From an uncultured Candidatus Saccharibacteria bacterium (lineage in GTDB: Bacteria > Patescibacteriota > Minisyncoccia > Phycocordibacterales > Zambryskibacteraceae), in assembly GCA_964651655.1 (NCBI GenBank), contig CAZYVS010000002.1:29471-93470 (forward strand): a stretch of DNA of 64,000 nucleotides, in the 5' to 3' direction. The notes beneath the pieces are model-generated. The model worked only from the letters and a program-made list of their open reading frames with translations, was not told where the DNA came from and searched no databases. Position 1 is the first letter of the stretch. Every line of letters begins with the position of its first letter. Position numbers and translations under genes: made by a program. Positions 58,244 through 64,000 of the stretch are shown piece after piece.

Positions 58244-60259
58244 CTATTTATTTTTATGGCCTTCTAATATTTTTATTTCGTCGCGGAGAATAGCGGCAGT
58301 TTCAAAATCGAGATTTTTGACGGCTTCTTCCATTTCTTTCTTTTTGCCTTTAATAAGTTTCTTGGGACTTTTGACAAAAAGTTTCTCGTCTGTCTCAAGC
58401 AACAAATCAACCGCGGAGCGATGTGCGCGTTCGAGCGTGTCGGTAATGTCTTTTATTTTTTTGATAATTGTTTTAGGGGTAATCCCGTGTTTTTCGTTGT
58501 AGGCTACTTGAATCGCGCGCCGACGAGCAGTCTCGCCTAACGCTTTTTCCATCGAACCGGTCATGGTATCGGCATAGAGAATTACTCGACCCGAAACATT
58601 TCTGGCCGCCCGCCCGATAATCTGAATGAGTGAAGTATCACTCCGCAAAAAACCTTCCTTGTCGGCATCTAAAACTCCGATAAGAGTCACCTCCGGCAAA
58701 TCCAACCCTTCCCTCAAGAGATTAACTCCTACCACACAATCAAATTCTCCCCGACGAAAAGCGGTAAGTATTTCAATCCTTTCAATAGTCTTGATCTCGC
58801 TGTGTAAATATCGAGCATTAATATTTTTCCCTTTTAAAAACTCGGACAGATCTTCCGCCATCTTTTTGGTCAAAGTGGTGGCAAGCACTCGTCCGCCCCT
58901 TTCAATTGCTCTTGTCGCTTCTTCTATAAAATCGTAAACCTGCCCCTTGTATTGTCCTTTGGATTGAATCGGTTTAACTGAAACTTCAGGATCAACTAAC
59001 CCCGTTGGCCGTATAACTTGTTCCACTACTTGCAAACTGTGTTCTTTTTCATAATGTGCGGGGGTGGCGCTGGTAAAAATAATTTGTCCGACTTTCGTTT
59101 CAAATTCTTCAAACTTTAACGGTCGATTATCTCGAGCGCTTGGCAGACGAAAACCGTGCTCAATCAAGACATCCTTGCGTGATTTGTCCCCGGCATACAT
59201 GCCACCTATCTGCGGTACAGTGACGTGTGATTCATCTATAATAGTTAAGAAATCGTGGGTTCCGTCAGATTTCTTGGGAAAATAATCAAGGAGTGTAAAC
59301 GGCGCCTCGCCGGGCAACTTACCGGAGAAATGTCTGGAATAATTCTCAATACCGTTGGTATAACCCACTTCTCTGATCATCGCCAAATCATAAGTCGTGC
59401 GTCTCTTTAATCTTTCGGCTTCCAATAATTTCCCTTCCTTCTGAAATTTTGCCAATTGTTCATTAAGTTCCTGTTTAATATTCACAAGCGCGCGTTTCGA
59501 ATCTTCGTCGGCGGTGATAAAATGTTTGGCGGGGAAAAGATAGAAAGCTTCCATCTCTTTGAGGATAATTCGAGAAACCGCGTCTATTTTAAAAATCTTT
59601 CCGACCCTTTCGCCGTCTATCTCTATCCTATAAATGGTGCGTTCCGAAACCGGCATAATTTCAATCGCGTTGCCGAGCGCGCGAAATGTCCCTGACTTCA
59701 CATCGGAATTGGTGCGAGAATAGTGGATGTTGATAAGCGCGCGGATGAAATCCGCGCGCGCAATATTCTGCCCTCTTTCTACTTTAATGTTTACCTTTTC
59801 ATACTCCTCCGGATTACCAAGACCGTAGATACAGGAAACGGAAGCCACAATAATTACATCTTTTCTGGTCAGAAGTGCTTGGGTAGAAGCATGACGCAGA
59901 CGTTCAATTTCTTCGTTAATCATCGCTTCCTTTTCAATATAAGTATCCGTGACCGGCAAATAAGCTTCCGGCTGATAATAGTCGTAGTAGGAAACAAAAT
60001 AGTGAACGGCGTTGTCGGGAAAAAATTCCCTATACTCTTGCGCTAATTGTGCCGCTAGAGTTTTGTTGTGAGCAATAACCAAGGTTGGTTTCCCTATCTT
60101 TTCTATAACATTGGCAACGGTGAAAGTCTTCCCCGATCCAGTCACGCCTAAAAGGGTCTGATATCTTAAGTTTTGCTTGATCCCGTTTATCAGCTCTTTA
60201 ATAGCCTTAGGTTGATCCCCCGCCGGCTTGAACTCTCTGTGTATTTTAAAAACTGACAT
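58244..60259 (-). CDS. uvrB: Excinuclease ABC subunit B
   Basis: GVTGSGKT, HNKTLAAQL, DESH, NLLREGLD, GRAAR. Confidence 0.97.
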   Translation of the reverse strand: MSVFKIHREFKPAGDQPKAIKELINGIKQNLRYQTLLGVTGSGKTFTVANVIEKIGKPTLVIAHNKTLAAQLAQEYREFFPDNAVHYFVSYYDYYQPEAYLPVTDTYIEKEAMINEEIERLRHASTQALLTRKDVIIVASVSCIYGLGNPEEYEKVNIKVERGQNIARADFIRALINIHYSRTNSDVKSGTFRALGNAIEIMPVSERTIYRIEIDGERVGKIFKIDAVSRIILKEMEAFYLFPAKHFITADEDSKRALVNIKQELNEQLAKFQKEGKLLEAERLKRRTTYDLAMIREVGYTNGIENYSRHFSGKLPGEAPFTLLDYFPKKSDGTHDFLTIIDESHVTVPQIGGMYAGDKSRKDVLIEHGFRLPSARDNRPLKFEEFETKVGQIIFTSATPAHYEKEHSLQVVEQVIRPTGLVDPEVSVKPIQSKGQYKGQVYDFIEEATRAIERGGRVLATTLTKKMAEDLSEFLKGKNINARYLHSEIKTIERIEILTAFRRGEFDCVVGVNLLREGLDLPEVTLIGVLDADKEGFLRSDTSLIQIIGRAARNVSGRVILYADTMTGSMEKALGETARRRAIQVAYNEKHGITPKTIIKKIKDITDTLERAHRSAVDLLLETDEKLFVKSPKKLIKGKKKEMEEAVKNLDFETAAILRDEIKILEGHKNK

Positions 60260-61498
60260 CTAGCTATGATACTCCTTTAGAAATTCTTTTTTAAATGCGA
60301 GAAAAGTGTCATTTAAAATACCCTCACGCATACGTTTGACCAAATTAATGATGAAGTAGAGATTGTGCATCGAACCGAGCGTGCCGCCGAGCATTTCGTG
60401 CGCCCGGTAAAGATGACAAAGATAAGCACGCGAATAATTTTTACACACTTCACATTCACATTTTGAATCAAGTGGCCCCATATCTTCTCTAAATTCTGCG
60501 TTTCTGATATTTATTTTACCTTTAGACGTGTAGAGAGTGCCGCCGCGACCATTGCGGGTCGGCGCCACACAATCAAAGAGGTCCACGCCATTCTCTACCC
60601 CCATAAACAAATCCTCCGGTTCGCCTATTCCCAAAAGATGCCTCGGCTTCTCTTTCGGTAAAATTTCATTGACCCACTTGACCGCAGTTTCCATATCTTT
60701 TTTGGCAAACGAACCGCCGATGCCAAAACCGTCAAAATCAAGCTTACCGATAAACTCCGCCGATTTTTTGCGAAGCGCTTCTTCCCTGCCTCCTTGCACA
60801 ATGCCAAACAAAGCCGGCACAGAGGCTAAACCTTTGGAATGTTTAAGGTTTAACCTCTGATGATATGCCAAACTTCTTTCGGCCCAACGATGAGTACGTG
60901 CCAATGCTTCTTCTTGATATTGATAATCCTCCGCCGGAGAAGTACACTCGTCGAAGGCAAAAATTATATCGGCGCCGAGGTCATGTTGAATCTCGATAGA
61001 CTTCTCCGGTGTAATGTAATGAAGAGAACCGTCAATGTGGGAACGAAAGGAAACTCCATCTTCGGATATTTTAACTAAAAAGGGAGTAGTATCAAAAAAA
61101 TCCTCGTCGCGTCGGAGCCCGCCACTTGCGGGTAAAGCGCGAGGATTTTTTTGATCTGCAACCTTAGAAATTCCCTTACCATACGCCGCCCCGAGGGAAA
61201 AAACTTGAAAACCGCCGGAATCGGTCATCAAGGGTCCGGACCAATTCATAAACTTGTGTAACCCGCCGAAACTTTTGACACGTTCCGCACCCGGTTCAAG
61301 ATAAAGATGATAAGTGTTTGCTAAAACCACTTCGGCGCCAATAGATTTGACCTGCTCCGGCATCAGCGCTTTGACTGTGGCTTTTGTCCCTACCGACACA
61401 AAAGCGGGCGTGTGAATGATTCCATGCGAAGTTTCCAAAATCCCCGCCCGTCCCAGCCTTTTCTCAAGTCTCTTTTCTTTAGAAAATTTTATAGCCAC
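60260..61498 (-). CDS. tgt: tRNA-guanine transglycosylase
   Basis: NTYHL, TDSGGFQVFSL, GIVQGG, DLFDCV, CxCxxC...H. Confidence 0.95.
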   Translation of the reverse strand: MAIKFSKEKRLEKRLGRAGILETSHGIIHTPAFVSVGTKATVKALMPEQVKSIGAEVVLANTYHLYLEPGAERVKSFGGLHKFMNWSGPLMTDSGGFQVFSLGAAYGKGISKVADQKNPRALPASGGLRRDEDFFDTTPFLVKISEDGVSFRSHIDGSLHYITPEKSIEIQHDLGADIIFAFDECTSPAEDYQYQEEALARTHRWAERSLAYHQRLNLKHSKGLASVPALFGIVQGGREEALRKKSAEFIGKLDFDGFGIGGSFAKKDMETAVKWVNEILPKEKPRHLLGIGEPEDLFMGVENGVDLFDCVAPTRNGRGGTLYTSKGKINIRNAEFREDMGPLDSKCECEVCKNYSRAYLCHLYRAHEMLGGTLGSMHNLYFIINLVKRMREGILNDTFLAFKKEFLKEYHS

Positions 61499-62499
61499 TA
61501 TCTCTTAGTAATAATAGATTTTTTGTAAACATCGAGATGCTCTAACGCCACACCGGTGCCTTTGGCGACGCAGAAATACGCGTCCTTAGCCATGACGGCC
61601 TTCACACCGGTACGACGAAACATCAGTTCGGGAAAATTTCGCAGTTGAGAAGAACCGCCGGTCATAATAATGCCGCGGTCGATAATGTCGGAAGAAAGTT
61701 CCGGCGGAGTATCTTGCAAAACTTCTTTGACTGCCTTGACCATCTCACGCAATTCTTTTGAAATGGCTCTGACTATTTCATTGGTCTTTATCTCAACGGT
61801 GCGCGGCAAACCGAGCACGAAATCTCGCCCCTTTACCATCATCGATAATTCTTCATCAAGCGGTATGGCCGAACCGATAGTGATCTTGATATCTTCGGCC
61901 GTTTTGTCTCCGATGACCAAGTTATAATTCTTTTTAATATAATCGGCGATAGCGGTATCAATCTTGTTTCCTGCCACCTTGACCGAAGTGGAAGCTACAA
62001 TACCCCCAAGAGAAATAACCGCCACATCAGTAGTGCCACCGCCGATATCAACAATCATGTGGCCGGCCGCTTCTTGAATAGGAATGCCGGCGCCGATGGC
62101 GGCCAGAATCGGCTCCTTGACAACATAAGCATTTTTAGCCCCGGCCTTGATGGCCGCTTCTATCACGGCTCGCCGTTCGGTGGAAGTGACACCGGCCGGC
62201 ACCGAGATCAAGACATCCGGCTTGAAAAAATTCCATTTGCCAAGCGCCTTGTCTATATAGTAGCGAAGCATCGCTTCCGTCACCCGATAATCCGCGATGA
62301 CGCCATCTTTCATCGGCCGATAAGCAATAATGCTCTCCGGCGTCCGCCCGATCATATTTTTTGCCTCCGTGCCAATGGCAAGAATTTTATTATCTTCAGA
62401 AACCGCCACTACCGACGGTTCATTAAGCGTAATACCTTTGCCCGGTACGAAAACCAGAATGTTGGTGGTGCCAAGATCAATGCCGAGCTTATTTGCCAT
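61498..62499 (-). CDS. mreB: Rod-shape actin MreB
   Basis: GIDLGT, NEPSVVA, DIGGGTT, TGG. Confidence 0.95.
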   Translation of the reverse strand: MANKLGIDLGTTNILVFVPGKGITLNEPSVVAVSEDNKILAIGTEAKNMIGRTPESIIAYRPMKDGVIADYRVTEAMLRYYIDKALGKWNFFKPDVLISVPAGVTSTERRAVIEAAIKAGAKNAYVVKEPILAAIGAGIPIQEAAGHMIVDIGGGTTDVAVISLGGIVASTSVKVAGNKIDTAIADYIKKNYNLVIGDKTAEDIKITIGSAIPLDEELSMMVKGRDFVLGLPRTVEIKTNEIVRAISKELREMVKAVKEVLQDTPPELSSDIIDRGIIMTGGSSQLRNFPELMFRRTGVKAVMAKDAYFCVAKGTGVALEHLDVYKKSIITKR

Positions 62500-62555
62500 A
62501 ATGAAAGATGAAAAGTATGCTTTCAGCACGTATGATACTATAATTCCATAATAGG

Positions 62556-62822
62556 ATGAAATCTCTGAATGAAAGTTTAAACAGCCGTAACCTCAAAGAG
62601 TTTCTCAAACATCCGCGCTTGAAAATGCTTGATGAATTCCACAAACGTATAAACGCCGAAAGAAAAGCCTCTGACATGAAAGCGTTACCCGTCAGGGCAA
62701 TAGCGGTCAAAACATCTCATCTGTCCGTTGAGGACTTGGCGTATTTGTTGAAAAAGTGTTCCCAGAGTTCCAATTTTTCTCGCTGTTTTTTTGGTATGCT
62801 AAAAGTTCGAATAGATAAATAA
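62556..62822 (+). CDS. Small conserved hypothetical protein
   Basis: INAER..., [10 protein letters not shown]; TATAAT upstream. Confidence 0.6.
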   Translation: MKSLNESLNSRNLKEFLKHPRLKMLDEFHKRINAERKASDMKALPVRAIAVKTSHLSVEDLAYLLKKCSQSSNFSRCFFGMLKVRIDK

Positions 62823-62826
62823 TCGA

Positions 62827-63207
62827 ATGCAACGAATAACTACAAATAAGAATGTGATTTATTCAGAACTATCATACAAAATTACAGGTATTTTATTTGA
62901 AATACATAATGAATTAGGAAGATTTGCTAGAGAAAAACAATATGGTGATTTATTAGAAAAAAGACTGAAGGCAGAAAATATTAAATATCAAAGAGAGCAT
63001 CGCATCGGTGATTATGGCAACATTATAGATTTCTTAATAGAAGGAGATGAGGAAATACTGCTAGAATTAAAGACGGTTAGATTTTTAACCAGAGACCACT
63101 TCCGCCAGATGCAGAACTATTTACAGCAAACTCGGATAAAACTAGGTCTTCTTATAAATTTCAGCGATAAGTACCTTAGTCCCAAGAGAGTCCTTCTTAT
63201 AAAATGA
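62827..63207 (+). CDS. GxxExxY-family PD-(D/E)xK nuclease-like protein
   Basis: [33 protein letters not shown]. Confidence 0.85.
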   Translation: MQRITTNKNVIYSELSYKITGILFEIHNELGRFAREKQYGDLLEKRLKAENIKYQREHRIGDYGNIIDFLIEGDEEILLELKTVRFLTRDHFRQMQNYLQQTRIKLGLLINFSDKYLSPKRVLLIK

Positions 63208-63386
63208 AGTATCCTGGTGACCAAAAAGAATACACCGTAATTCCAATAAAAGAAGCCCTTGAATTAATGCGACACGAGAATCCTAATACTAGAGCTATAC
63301 AGCTAGAGAATTGTAATCATGATTTTGAGAATTGCGAAGAAAAATTGTCTGACATAGTATTGGGATTCATTCGTAGTAATTCGTAG
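63204..63386 (+). pseudogene. Possible C-terminal fragment of an alpha/beta hydrolase
   Basis: GDQKEY...ENCNHDF...LSDIVLGFI resembles the catalytic-His end of such proteins. Confidence 0.35.
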
Positions 63387-63414
63387 ATTCGTATACAATG
63401 GCCTATTCGCACTT

Positions 63415-64000
63415 ATGACTGAAATTCTACAAAAAGACGCTTCGGTGCTTAGAAAACGCGCTCTGGACGTGTCGATTAAAAGTATCGGTTCCAAGAAAAT
63501 TCGGACTATTTTAAACAGAATGAAAAAGGCGTTGAACGCCGAAGAAGACGGCGTGGCTATCGCCGCGCCGCAGATCGGAGAAAGTCTCCGAATTTTCATA
63601 GTCTCCGGCAAAGTGTTAAATCTCATTAAGAAACCGAAAGAGGCGGACGCGGGCAAGGTGCCCAAAGATATTATTTTCATTAATCCGGAGATAATCAAAT
63701 TTTCTAAAAAGATGAAAAAAAAAGAGGAAGGATGTCTGTCTATACGTTACCTCTATGGACAAGTCAAGAGAAGTGACAAGGTAATCATCCGGGCTTATGA
63801 CGAAACTGGCAAATTCTTTGAGCGAGGAGCGTCCGGACTTCTGGCTCAAATTTTTCAACATGAAACAGACCATTTAAACGGCATTCTTTTTATCGATAAG
63901 GCGGAAAATATCAGAGATATGCCACCTGCGAAGAAAATAAAATTTGTTTTTTTTGGTTCCTCTCAGATCTCTCATTATGTACTAGAGGAATTGGAAAAGA
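63415..64000 (+). CDS. def: Peptide deformylase continuing in frame into an Fmt-like N-terminus (runs off window)
   Basis: GVAIAAPQIG, EGCLS, QHETDHLNG, then no stop before KIKFVFFGSSQISHYVLEEL. Confidence 0.9.
   Translation, partial: MTEILQKDASVLRKRALDVSIKSIGSKKIRTILNRMKKALNAEEDGVAIAAPQIGESLRIFIVSGKVLNLIKKPKEADAGKVPKDIIFINPEIIKFSKKMKKKEEGCLSIRYLYGQVKRSDKVIIRAYDETGKFFERGASGLLAQIFQHETDHLNGILFIDKAENIRDMPPAKKIKFVFFGSSQISHYVLEELEK

Noticed and set aside
84-63873. Many short antisense or overlapping ORFs in the track (e.g. 26422-26823, 30964-31617, 62059-62511, 63303-63698)
   Set aside because: Shadow frames of well-supported genes, with no motifs or initiation signals.
1-64000. Alternative genetic code (TGA as Gly)
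   Set aside because: Conserved genes translate fully with code 11 and several end in TGA.

Overview
Chromosomal segment of a small-genome bacterium. Gene content, shortened housekeeping proteins and typical orphan families point to Patescibacteria/CPR, probably Parcubacteria (inference). The genetic code is standard (TGA = stop). Core content: a cell-wall cluster (dac, asnB, mraY, ftsW, murG, M23 peptidase), scpAB, five aminoacyl-tRNA synthetases (several truncated), infA-rpmJ-rpsM-rpsK-rpsD-rpoA-rplQ-rplM-rpsI-grpE-dnaK-dnaJ, mnmA, mltG, ychF, uvrABC, tgt, mreB, three tRNA-Ala isoacceptors and an apparent def-fmt fusion at the right edge. No CRISPR array, integrase, transposase or prophage was seen. 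The notable structure is repeat-based. (1) Two small DNA-binding-protein genes (PaaX/Cas2-like and TrpR-like) are each bracketed by two copies of their own long palindrome; the upstream copy overlaps the start codon and contains a TATAAT box, and a third solo copy of one site lies by a tRNA. (2) Two tandem cassette-like units share leader and hairpin scaffolds but carry unrelated small genes, one a stand-alone sigma-70 region-2 protein. (3) A 24-25 nt motif starts exactly at six stop codons. (4) REP-like palindromes and 7-mer repeats are inserted in frame into many essential genes. All calls are by eye; no database searches were run.
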